Shown here: positions 50,338 through 62,369 of the stretch, in pieces
How the letters are laid out: each line of letters opens with the position of its first letter
Position numbering within the stretch: the first letter of the stretch is position 1
DNA from: Gnetum montanum
Taxonomy: Eukaryota > Plantae > Gnetophyta
Direction of reading: 5' to 3'
Assembly: GCA_015680685.1 (NCBI GenBank)
Contig: MNCI01001903.1
Location: 1-64,000, forward strand
DNA: 64,000 nucleotides
Notes under the pieces: model-generated
The model's database searches: none
Told to the model about the DNA's origin: nothing
Seen by the model: only the letters and a program-made list of their open reading frames with translations
Translations under genes and position numbers: made by a program

Positions 50338-52435
50338 TCTTTGATGAGTGTCATGGGGAACAACTTAAGTTTCCACCAGTTATTCTCTATGTTCTGCAAG
50401 GCACATGAATCTTGGAAGGCTTGGAGATGGTTCTATGGATTAAAGTTATATCCTCCTTCAAATTGAGGAATGTTGTTCTTGTCTAACCTTTCGATTTGAC
50501 TATCCTTCACATGCCTTATTGGAATTCCTATTGCCTCTACAATATTAAGCATACTTCGAGTAGCAAGAAAAGGCTCATCGAGGCCTTGATCATGATGGTT
50601 ATGATGCCCTCTACTAGCCTTTTGTTCAGGGTGATGTGCCTCTCTTGAATGTCTACACCCTTGGTCTTACCTTTCCCGATGGTCATTTTGATCTCGTCAG
50701 TTATTTTGATCACCTCCATCATGGTTTCACCTTCTATGGTCACTGTCAAAGCCATAAGAAGAAGATGATGATGATGAAGGAAAAGAGGAAGGAGAACCAG
50801 CACCATCAGGGTGCTTGCTACCACCTCTTCTATGATTGCTACCATGATCATGATCTTGGTTCTTGCTTGCATTCTCACCTTAAGTTGCCCCTCTAGATCC
50901 TTCTTTGTCGTTGGATATATTTTTACTAGAACTAGGATTCTGAATTGTGGATTGCAAGTTTTGGTTTGGACCTCCTTCATTGAAGTCAAAAAGAGGAGTT
51001 TTATTGAATGGAAAATCACCTCATAAGAATTCTCCACTAGCTTGTTGGTACAACAAGAATGAAGAATTGTTAAATATTTTTCCTTTCAAAAATTCATAGC
51101 ACTATTCTAGCTGTCGATCTTATAGACATTGTGCCTTGGTGGGATGATAATCCCTAGCATCAGTATCGTGCATAATGTACTCAACATGATGTTCTAGAAG
51201 ACCATATCATATAAGCATTTGATGAAGCATTGCAGGAACAGATCAATCAAGTGGTAACACAATGTTGTCTTCTATGTCATGCCACTGTAGTTATTCATCC
51301 TGGTGCAGGATGAAGGTGAAGTTTGGTACATACTCATCAGGATGAGCATATACTATTCGATATTGTTGAGGGATTGGCTAACAAGATTTATTAGACTTAG
51401 GTGAAGAATTTCTCCTATAAGAAGAAGTCATTTTCAACTAGATTAAATAAAACACATTGTGCTTTTAAATATTTTCGTAGCAATCTTAAGATGTAATATG
51501 ACTCTAAGTTTTGTTCCAATGATTTAAATACTTTTCACTAGGTCCTAGATAGCACATGAAATAACCAAAAGGTCCTTGGTAATGGCACCAATGATGAGTG
51601 GTGAGGTACCCCTATGCCCAACCATATAGATCACTAAGGGGTCATGTGTGATTTGATTGAATTTTGTGGACCAATAGTTATTTAGTACACTAGTTTCTCT
51701 AGGAAGTAAAATGAGCATTGAGAATGTTCATTATCTTCCCAACTACACTTGTGAGGCTTAAGGGTATGGTTAAGTGTAATTGAGGTATATGATTTTGTAT
51801 CATTTTATGTTTTATAGATGTGATCACCTAAAAAAAGAATAAGACGTGAAGTAATTTAAAATCTAATTCATTTACAACCTATCTAGCCTAACATAAGTAA
51901 CTGCCCTACTTTCCTGAATACATATAGTGTTGCTGGGCTACCAAACATTAAGCATTGCTAGGTTACCAAGTACTATGTGTATGCTCGAAGTGGTCATGCT
52001 TGTGTTCATTAACTACTAGAAATAAATTACTTAATTGAAATGCAGTAAAGTAAAGTGCATTAAAAGAAACATTAATCTAGTCTCAGTGCTACAAGGATTG
52101 TTAAAAGAGTTTGTTTTATTCCTATCACACTGCTGCTCTTAGATACATCAGTGCTCGAACAAAGATGTGTATACATTTAGACTCCTTCTATGGGCATTCA
52201 AAAAATATTCTAACTCTGAGGAAAAGAAATGAAAAGAGCTTTGCTACTTTGATTGAAAACTAACTAATGAAAAACTGACTCAAAATAGGAGCCTAGGTGC
52301 TATATTTATAGGCCAAAGTATATACCTTGATGTCGAATACCCAACATTGTATCTATACCTCAATGTTGCGTATGCAACATTGCGGCTCCAACATCGTGTA
52401 CCCAACATTGGAGTAGATAGAAACATGTTTCATCA
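50338..52435 (-). mobile_element. Athila-like element A4, 5' part (LTR 51592-52435, PBS ~51572-51590, gag start), interrupted by T1
   Basis: Minus-strand PBS TGGTGCCATTACCAAGGA; gag NNIPQFEGGYNFNP.NHLQAFQDSC...KLKLFPMTLIKE. Confidence 0.85.
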
Positions 52436-55400
52436 ATAACTAATGTTATCTTAGTATATTATTAAATATTGGCATGACATTTGTATATTATTTCCTAGTC
52501 CATTATGTTCATGTTACTATATACATGCTCATACCATTGTTTATGGATCAATGTGAGTTATATTCTTTTTAGTTCATTATAATTGTCATCTCCATAAACT
52601 TTTATCATCATGGTTTTCATGCTTATACTATTTGTTGATATTCTATCAGTTCAACTTGATTATACTCATCATGGATCCTCAAATTCCTAATAGTGAGTAG
52701 ATGCATAAGCAAAAACATCACTTGGGGAAATAGGTTGTTAGACATAATAACCATTTGAATTAAATTACCTATAAGGATATTGGGTGCATAAGTGGCAACA
52801 TCCTCCATGACTATGGGTTTTATCACTATTATTAATATTACTCTTGAGATTGAGAAGAAGTCCCACTTGGATAATATTATTATTTTTGGTAGAACTATTT
52901 GCAAATTCCTTGAGGATAAGACAATCTCTTTGGCATTTAGTTCTTCATGAACGCAGGATTTAAAGAATATGCCCCTAATTCTTGCAAGTGTATCATGATG
53001 GGGGAACATCCTTTGGAATGTACATATTGGTAAAAATTGCAATTATCTTCTCCTTCTAGGTCAAGATTAGCAACCTCTTTAACTACTTTATCTTTTTCTT
53101 TATGTCTATACATGTCTCTTCTAGTTTATTTCTTCTTCTTCTTATGTTTTGCAAGTTCTTGCTTTATCTTTTCTTCTATTATTTTCAATGTGGTTGTAAA
53201 TTTCTCATCCACAAAGTTCCACAGTTTTTCAACCTTGGTCACTTTCTTTGAAATAGATTTTTTGGATTAGCTAATTTTTTTGGATTTCTTCTTCTATTAA
53301 ATCTTCTTCTTTCCTTGTCTTAGAAATATCCACATCCCTCTTATGAAGAAATAGATCTCCATTGTACTTCTCTACACTTTTCCTCTTCTTGACTTCTTCT
53401 TCCTCTTTAGTTACCTTATCAATCATCTTATGGATCCAATCTAATGGGTTCACATTTGTTAGAAGCTCCCTTGGATACAGATCCTAAGAGTCTCATGTGT
53501 TTTGTTCTGTAGAACATCTATGATATGTCTTAATTATATTCATTAAGAGAAGACATGTCCTAGGCATCTATGTAACACTAAATATTATATACCTAAGGAT
53601 ACCTCAAGGGATTCAGGGTTCCCTTATCTCTATCCTTGAATCTACTTTCTTAGGTTGGATATCCTAGAGTAAGTGTAAATATTATTATTAAAGAGCTCTA
53701 ACATTATGCTTAATTGGAAAATGGAATCTAGTTCTAAGGATCTATATTAACTTTTAGCTTTCTTGATAAGTGTCCTTGGAAATAACTTGAGCGTATGTCA
53801 TTTGTTCTTAATGTTTTGTAAAGTGCAAGCATCATGGAAGACTTGCAAATGATTTTGCAAATCTATATTATAGCCTTTCTCAAATTGAGGAATGTTGTTC
53901 ATGTTTAACCCATTGATGTGGCTCTCCTTCTTATGCTTGGTTGGAATGCAAATAGCCTCCCTAATATTAATCATACTTTTGGTAGCCAAAAGGAACTCAT
54001 CATAGTTCTTTAGTCATCATAGTCTTCATCATGATGACTTCCTCTTATTCTCTACCATGTCTATGACCTTAATATCTTTCTTTGTTTCTATTTCCATTTC
54101 TTTCTCTATCTTCATCGCTATCTCTACCAAGCTATCTATCCCAGTTTCTTCTTCCATCTTTGATAAGTTATCAATATTATCCCATATTTGCAACCCCATT
54201 TACCAGTCTATGTTCATCATCTTTAAAGCCGGATAATGAGGATGATGAAGAAAATGAAAAATTAGAAGAGCCATGTTGATTTGATCTTCTTTCTTGATCC
54301 CTTTAATTGTCTCTTCTTTGCTTGCTAGAGGATCTAGGCATAAAGGTCCTCTACATGTTGGATCTTATTCCACCTATTCCTTAGTTGCCAAGGAAAAACA
54401 TAGCCAAGGATTACCAGTTTGTGGGATCTTCTTGTTTAGTAATCAATGTTCTTCCTTGCTAGTCGATATGTCAAGGAATGACAATGTGCTTATCCTTAGC
54501 AAATTCATAGTAAACATCCATGAAAAAATCTTGGCTATATTAGGATTTAATGGACTTGTATCATCTGGACATTTCATCAAGTACTTTGTATTGATTTACA
54601 ATAGGATTCATCCCATTCTTAATCAATGTTATGGTGAGCATTGATGGAGCTCCCTTATCAAGTAGCAACATAATGTTGTCTTAGACATCCTGCCATCTCA
54701 TTTGTTCATCCTAATGGAAGAAAAAGGTGAATTTGAAATAGTAGGAATTTGGATAATTATGAATGACTTTCACTTGATAGGGCACATTAACATCATTATT
54801 ATAATTGGTCATATAATTGTTCTTTATAATGTTATTAGTAGATGATAAATCAACACTATGAGAAGTTAACATATTTGATCAAAATGTATATTCTTAGAAA
54901 TTATTTTAGTATTTCTTGATAGATAAATCATTAAAAATATTTTTATAATGATGTTAAGTAATCTAACTTCATGAACTATCAGTATCATCCTTGGCAATGG
55001 TGCTAATGATGAGCAATTGAGTACACCGTGCATCCAATCATATGATTCACAAGTATTGCAAGTGATCATTTCATAATCCGTGAATGGTTACTATTACAAA
55101 CATTTAGAAAGTTATTTGATGAATTAATTATCATTTTCTTTTCACTTGGACTATGCATGACTTTAATGTATATGGTTTAATCCATAATGATGTGCATAGT
55201 TATGATGTTGTGTGGCATTAAATGAGCTAAAGTAAAATTATAGAAATTAATTATTTAATCTAATAAATAATGGAACAAATCATAATCTATCTTAAGGGTG
55301 ATGAGCATCCATTTCTAATTTTTCATACACATAGTAGACTAGTGTAGCCACAATAGGGATTATGAAGCAATATGCTACTAGGCATACTAAGCAATATCAC

Positions 55401-55919
55401 TATTAGGTTATTAAACAATTACATGTTACATTCCAAACGAGTTGTACTTATTCCATCAATTCACTATCATGCATGGAAGTGTAAACCATTAAGCTAAGTA
55501 TGTTGGAATATAAGGAACATATGAAAATAAATGCTTTGAAAAGTAATATTATTCTAAGTCATAATGTTGCAATGAATAAGAAATAATCTTAAGCTTGTTA
55601 TCTTGGAATATGTCTAGGTATAAGCCACTTGATTAAGAATTCTGACAACTAGTTTGAATCCAAACTATGGGCACTCACTAACAACTACTAAGATCTTGGG
55701 ATAAAATTGACAAAGTCTAGCTACAATTATGACTAAAAGATGCATTCAATGTGATAGGTAGGTAGTATTTATAACCAAAACCAGCCTTAAATACATTGCA
55801 TTAGAACCTATAATATCATATGTGAATACTCTTTTTATATCATCAATATCATCAACCTATCACATTTTTATATTCTTAATGCAATATCATTAGAACCTAC
55901 AATATGATTTTTATCATCA
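52436..55919 (-). mobile_element. Athila-like element A5, 5' part (LTR 55007-55919, PBS ~54987-55005, gag), interrupted by A4; related to A3
   Basis: Minus-strand PBS TAGCACCATTGCCAAGGAT; gag NNIPQFEKGYNIDLQNHLQVFHDAC; collinear with 23080-25500. Confidence 0.85.
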
Positions 55920-56186
55920 ACCTAATGATATTGATATTCATGTGAATATTCATAATCCAATCACATTATGAATATGATTTTTTTAATGATGGAAAGTATA
56001 AAAAGAATATTCATATTATGGGGTCGTAGGTTGATGATATTTAGAAGGACAATAATAATGAGTTATATGGATAGTAGGACTAGTGGGATAAACACATTTT
56101 TGTAAATAATAACCCAAAAATCCATCTAGTGATAAGGATATTATTGTCTAAATGGTGGCATCCCCCTTGGCTATGGGTTTGGATAC

Positions 56187-57789
56187 TGAAACACCGTGGA
56201 AATTGTGAATCGACCTAGGGTGAAGATTCACGATTCAGGTGAAAGTCTGCGACAGAAATCTAGAAGACAGAACAAGGAAAAGAGGTGAAAAGAGGCATGC
56301 AGCATCAAGTCTCCAAGTTTCTTACAAATTCTAACCTTACTTTGTTTTCTCTATTTACACTACATTACACAACATAGTGTAATGGTGCTCGGCGTAACTC
56401 TGCTTAATGTAGCCCGATATTAGAAAGTAACTTATTTCGGCAAATTCAAAGAAATTGAAGGCCTAAGTAGCGTGATATGGGACTTGTCGTATATTCTGCT
56501 AAGTCTTTTGTTCAGGGCTAAATTTACACTCTATTACGCAGAGTAGTGTAATGAGCTTCGAGGAAGTCAAAGTCAGAGTCCAAAGAAGCGCAGCAGATTG
56601 ATTTCTTCTTTTTTGCAAATTGGTCACTTTATGCTTATTACGCTATGCAATGTAGGCAAGCGTAACTTATTGTAAAGTTGACCATGTTTACGCTCTATTA
56701 CGCTTTGTGGTGTAAATGAGCATAAAACAACCTGAGTTAACTACCTCTATTCTCTATTACGCTTTGCCACGCTATGTAGCATAAACAAGTGTGATACAGC
56801 GTAAGGCCAGTTAAGGCAGTACCAAACACGCACCTGCTATCCATATGCATAATAAGCTCATCAACATATCGTAGGATAATCATGAGGCAACCTCAGTAGG
56901 AGTGATTGATAGTGTACTTTGCCCCCTTTTCCAAAAACGTGATGCGACATGACCAATTTCAACATAAAGTTTGCCAAGTCAATGATATTTTAAAAGTTAG
57001 AGACACGTGTCATCACGGCCATGCCTTCTCAACATATTACTGAACCTATAAATACTCCAGTTAGCAAAGAAGAAAAAGGGGGGGATCACCTTTTAGCAGA
57101 GATAGAAGACATTTTTTTAGCATTGGTAGCAGGAGCGATCAGTCTTTTGGCAAAAATACAAATCTCTCCATTGGCAATCGTTAGCAGCTTTGGAGCAAAG
57201 ACTACCGAAGGCAAAGGGAGCAGATCAGAGATTGAGAGATCATCTGGTACGATTAGCAAAGTTTATCGATCAGAAACAGTTGATCGATAGACATCCAGGC
57301 TTGACCTTCCTTGCATTCCACCTTTGGCTTACGAGGTAGACCGAGCTTCATTCTGTACTCTTAGTTGAACAATTTTCTTGTTTTTTTGTGTATGCTTCGC
57401 ACAGGATAAGCAGATTTTGCTATTGGAACTTTGTATAAAATATACTCAGTATTCAAATCAAAACATAGATCTTGGAATTTTGCACTTTCCTAAATCTGAT
57501 CCTTCTTGTCATGTTGACGTTGTTGTTATTTCGATTTATTTACATCGTTTTCTACTCCTTTTATGATTCATTAGATTGGTTTGTTTCATGGAATATCTAT
57601 ATAATACGTGTGTTATCGTGATATTCGTTAATTTACTAGTTAAGTAAGTCCCTGTCTGATCGACAAGACCGTTCAGGGCACCACGGATTTGTTTTCTCCA
57701 GCACGGCCCTCGCACGGATCCGTGGTTAAGATTGTGTACACGGATTTTCGTTCAGTATTTTCCAGCAACTAATGTTTTCCATCGTTACA
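56187..57789 (+). repeat. T2 5' LTR (~1.6 kb)
   Basis: Ends just before the PBS; TATAAATA at ~57047; start inferred from the TG terminus and a sharp rise in CpG. Confidence 0.7.
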
Positions 57790-57795
57790 GTTTTC

Positions 57796-57812
57796 TGGCA
57801 CTAGAAGGAGGG
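57796..57812 (+). other. T2 primer-binding site (tRNA-Asn type)
   Basis: TGGCACTAGAAGGAGGG. Confidence 0.88.
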
Positions 57813-58038
57813 CCTGAACCTTTGATTCGTATTCTATGGGTAGCCTTGTAAGTGATCCGTACCCACGTTCATAAAACGTAAACGTAATACCTCTAAGGAA
57901 TTTTACGAAATCGTGTGGTGTAGATTGGTCACAGTAATGATTCCTTTGAAATCCTATAGGGTAAAAAGCCTAATCATGATCTTGTTTGGTTGTCTCCTTT
58001 TAAAACGTTTTGTTTGTTGTCGTTGACCTATCTGAGAA

Positions 58039-61000
58039 ATGAATTTTGTACATGCAACCATTGCCGCTATGATCACCACTGACTCGGGTGCCACATTCGT
58101 AAATTCCATCACCATTCCTAGACCAGCTTCCAGTGCAATGGGACCTCAGGGACCGTCGCGTCGTTCGTTGAGATTACAGGGTAAGGATCCTTTACTCACC
58201 GTCTTGACTCCTGAAGAGTATAATTTCATTTATGTCAAGATCCAGGCAAAGGTTACCCTTAGCTGAGCTGAGATGGAGGCAAAATGAAATTATGAGCTGA
58301 TCCACAAAGGGGGTCAAGATTTCACCCCTACCGCGTATGACATTATCCCCCTGACTGAGCATTATCATGAACTCCTGTCCCAACTAGTTATGGCTAGGAG
58401 TCAGACTACACAGTCTATTCTAGAACCTCAAAATGGGGAGGAGGAGGAAGATGAATTTGTAGCTCAGTCTGAACACGTGGATTCATACAATACCCTCAGC
58501 CCTCATACATACATGAATCCCCTATTTAATCCTCTCATCGGAGAAGCTACCCATCTCAACCTAATCATGACCACCCAAACCCATATTCCCGTCATCCCGC
58601 AGGCCACTACGCAATCCTCAGTCTTGTAGGTACAAATGCCATCTCAAAATAACATGGGAGTAGTCTCATCACCACGTGTAATTAGTATTCCGTCGGTGAT
58701 ACCTGCGTCTACCGCACCCCATTTCATTCCCCAAGTACAATCCCATGCCACGCCTATAACCCACCCAGTGCAAAATCCAGTGCAAACCTTATCGTCATAG
58801 CCCATTGCGAGGCAATAGATCATAGCCACTATTCAATCGCAACGATCCGTTCAACAACCCACAGCTGGTCAGTGGATCGTACCTATTGCACAACATGATC
58901 AATCTGGGTTATACTGTGTGCAATCCTTAGCCGCATCTACCATGCATGTCCCACAGATAACCGCACAATATCCTTACAATCTCCATCCTACACAACCGGT
59001 GATGGCCAATTTCTCCGCACAACCTGTCGGGTGGTGGGTTTCACAGGCAGCTCCATCTGCGGGGATAGTCCCTGTAGCACCACCTGTTAGCCAAACCATC
59101 GCTCCATTTCCATTGCCTGACACTGCTCTTTCAATCCAACCCCCAAATCCTCCTGCGCCGACTTCTTCATCAACAAGCCTGGATCAAGCTTTTTCACTTA
59201 TTCAGACCCTCACTGAGGAAGTTAAGCGCCTTAAAGTTGCTGGCTTTGATACGATACAAATCATGGATTTTTGCCATGATGATCCCATCAGCCCAGTGGT
59301 TCCTATGCTGTCGTTGCCTCCAGGGATGTTGTTGCCCCATTTTACTAAATATAATGGGGAAGGAGATCCTAATGCTCATCTTGTTACCTTCAGGTCTGAA
59401 TCCTTGTTATTATAGCAGTGGCCCCATACTATTATCCGTGTCTTTGCAATGTCTCTGGCAGGTAAAGCCTTGGACTAGTATCGTGCACTCCCTCGCTCTT
59501 CCATCTCAACCTTGGAAGAGCTTCTAACACAATTTGTGACTTGCTTTAAATACAACTTAAAGCTGGAAGTCACACTAGATCAACTTATGGGAGTGAAGCA
59601 AGATCCGCTTGAACCAGTCCAGAAGTTTATATAGTGATGGAGCACTACTATGAATGAAATCTGTGAGCCTATCGCAGAAGCCTATCTGCTGGCTATTTTC
59701 AAAGGAGCAGTTAATGACTTCATCAAGTCTAAATTATACTACCTTGCCCCTCGCTCCTTGAGTCAGGCTTTCGCACAAACCAAGAGCATCCAAGATGCTG
59801 CTGAGGCTAGCAAGGACCCAGCGTATGTGGCTTATAAAAATGCCAACAATAAAGGTAAAGACAAGGGTAAAGTAACAACGACAACAGTAGCTGCGCTAGC
59901 TGAGGGTGCTAAAAACAAGAATAATAGGAAGGCACCCACAACGTCTACCGAAACCACAGCTAGTGTAAGCACCACTGGCCAAGACACACCTGCCCCTGAA
60001 AGCCTCCACAATCAAAACCAAACTTCGAGCATAAAGATCACTCAAAATATATAGCCCTACCTATAAAAAATTTAGAACTATTTAAACAATTACTAGGGGT
60101 AGGATATATTTAGAATAAAAATGTATCTAAAGAAGCTCTACAGCGTCACAGGCTCCATTGTGAATTGCTAAAGAATCTTTCTTTAGCCCTACCTAATGAA
60201 TCGCCAGTTCCTAAGTCATTTAGGTTGGACCATTTTTGTGACTACCATCAGTTGTGTGGCCATGATACCGGTTACTACTGGGCGTTGAAGGACGATATTC
60301 AATGCATGATTGATGATGGTTCTCTCAAACTAGATGGCAGTAGTCCAACACGTCTCGAAAATCAGGTGATGCATGTGTACAAAGACCCGTTAAATGAAAA
60401 TAACGCGTCGTACACCATCAATGTGGTAAGTACGGATAGTGAAGGGAAGGTACCACCTAAACAACCCTTTGTTTTATACATACCTACCAGTTCACCCCAA
60501 GGGGCAAGTTCTCTACCGGCAGTTAGCGGTATCTCGAGGCCACCCTTTGTTATTCGGATGCCCTCTCCAACTATAACTTGGTCTCATGTTAATAATAAAG
60601 CCGCAGCCACACCCGCGCTAACTCCTAAGGTGCCTTTTATCCTTAGGATGCCAAAACCACTAGCTGCTCCTTTTACACAGGGGCAAGCTTCTAACAAAAA
60701 TCATCAACCGCCACCCAATAAAAAAAAGGAAGTAGATGCGTCAATTAATGCCACCAGAAACCACTCTATGCTAGGCTTCGCTAAGCCCAGGCCCCTAGCC
60801 TCTGTACCTGTGCCTGCACCTTATGGGAAAGGCAAGGGTATAGAAACACAGCCACCTCCCCTCAGCAGGAAGAAACACAACCCTCCGACTGACGCTATCC
60901 CGCCTAGGGAAATTCATCTCTTAGGGAGAATTGAAGAAGACAGAGGAGACAAACAACCGAGCCAAGAACAGGACCTCCTCGACGTATTTACGCAAGTCAA

Positions 61001-61867
61001 GCAGGCTCTAAAATAGAAGAACACAACATTGAGCCTCTATGACTTGTTTGTGACATCTCAAAAGCATCGTGAGGCTATGGTCTACATGCTGACATCCATA
61101 CCTGTGGATGAAGGCTTACTAGCGGAGGAGGAAGCGATACATGTTGTCATGTTTCCCCCCATCGCTGAGCGACCCAAACCTACCCCATTGACCTTTCATG
61201 ATGAATCCATCAAGGATGATCCTGAGAAAGGTCGAGTGACAATAGAACCCATGTTCATCACCATCTGGGTTGGTCAACATCGGATCCGGAGGGTGCACAT
61301 TGATGATGGCGCGGCTACGAATGTTATCCCTTATTCTATAGTGGATAAGTTGGGTCTGGTCGACCAGATTAGTCCTACAACAACATCATTTCTAAAGTCG
61401 TTCAACGGGGCACGAGTTCAAGTCAAAGGGATGGTGCATATTGATTTTGTGGAAGGAGACCAATTCCCAATAGATGCCACATTCATCATTGTCGAGGAGA
61501 TGCCCAGTTTCAACCTGATTCTAGGGAGGTCCTGGCTAGCCCAACCGAGGACAGTTTCATCACCAATACACCAAGAGATACACCTCCCTTATGTAGGGGG
61601 AGAGGTAGTAATACATGATGATGAAATAACTTCTAGAACTATGAATAACATCGAGGAAGAATGGGGATCAAAAATCGAAACATCTGAAGATCAAACCCAT
61701 GTCCGAATTCCCGAACAAGTCAAAATGAATGATGACAGCCTAGCCTAGGCTGACCTACCATTTTAGGGAGAAGAGGATGATGTGGAAGAGTCAGGCCATA
61801 AACCTCCTCGCCCTTACGCACCACTGAACGTAAAAGCCATCAAGAAACAATTACGGGCTAGCGATTG
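58039..61867 (+). pseudogene. T2 gag-protease with scattered stops and frameshifts
   Basis: FTKYNGEGDPNAHL, SLAGKALD(W)Y, Zn-knuckle-like CDYHQLCGHDT, protease VHIDDGAATNVI...NLILGRSWL; ends KKQLRASD*. Confidence 0.92.
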
Positions 61868-62100
61868 ATCTACGTGGTATTTACGCACATCATTACATTT
61901 TCACTAGTTTTTTCATTTATGCTTATCAAATTTGGTTGTCAATTTTCTTTAATATACATATATTTACGCTTTCTATCCATTACGCCATTTACATTTCCCA
62001 GTTTATGCCATTTACGCTTTTTGACTTCTATTAGTTATACTAGTACAATTACACAAATACGTACACTCTTATCAATTATATTCTTCGATGTACGTAAGTG

Positions 62101-62236
62101 GCCCACAACGGCCTAAAACTAGTAAAGGCCCGCAACGGCCTAAAACTAGTAAAGGCCTGCAACGGCCTAAAACTAGCTAATTTTTTTATATCTTACACAA
62201 ATGCTATAAGACGGCCTGTAATGGCCTTAAACTAGC
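62101..62236 (+). repeat. 27 bp tandem repeat x3 (GCCCRCAACGGCCTAAAACTAGTAAAG) plus a fourth partial copy
   Basis: Directly visible; core is the reverse complement of the T1 spacer motif. Confidence 0.92.
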
Positions 62237-62369
62237 AACTCCATTCTACAGTCATAATAACGTAACCTATCCAAAATCTTTAACAATTCTATTTACGCTT
62301 TGTATAAATAAAAACATAAAATTAAAAACCATAAAGAAAATCTCATGATTAATCATGCCGAGATTCATA

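Noticed and set aside
55982-55996. Alternative T2 LTR start (TTTAATGATGGAAA resembles the inverted LTR end)
   Set aside because: No TG terminus and it lies in CpG-depleted older DNA; 56187 fits better, but the 3' LTR is needed to decide
62101-62236. CRISPR-like array
   Set aside because: Head-to-tail repeats without unique spacers, no cas genes, eukaryotic TE context
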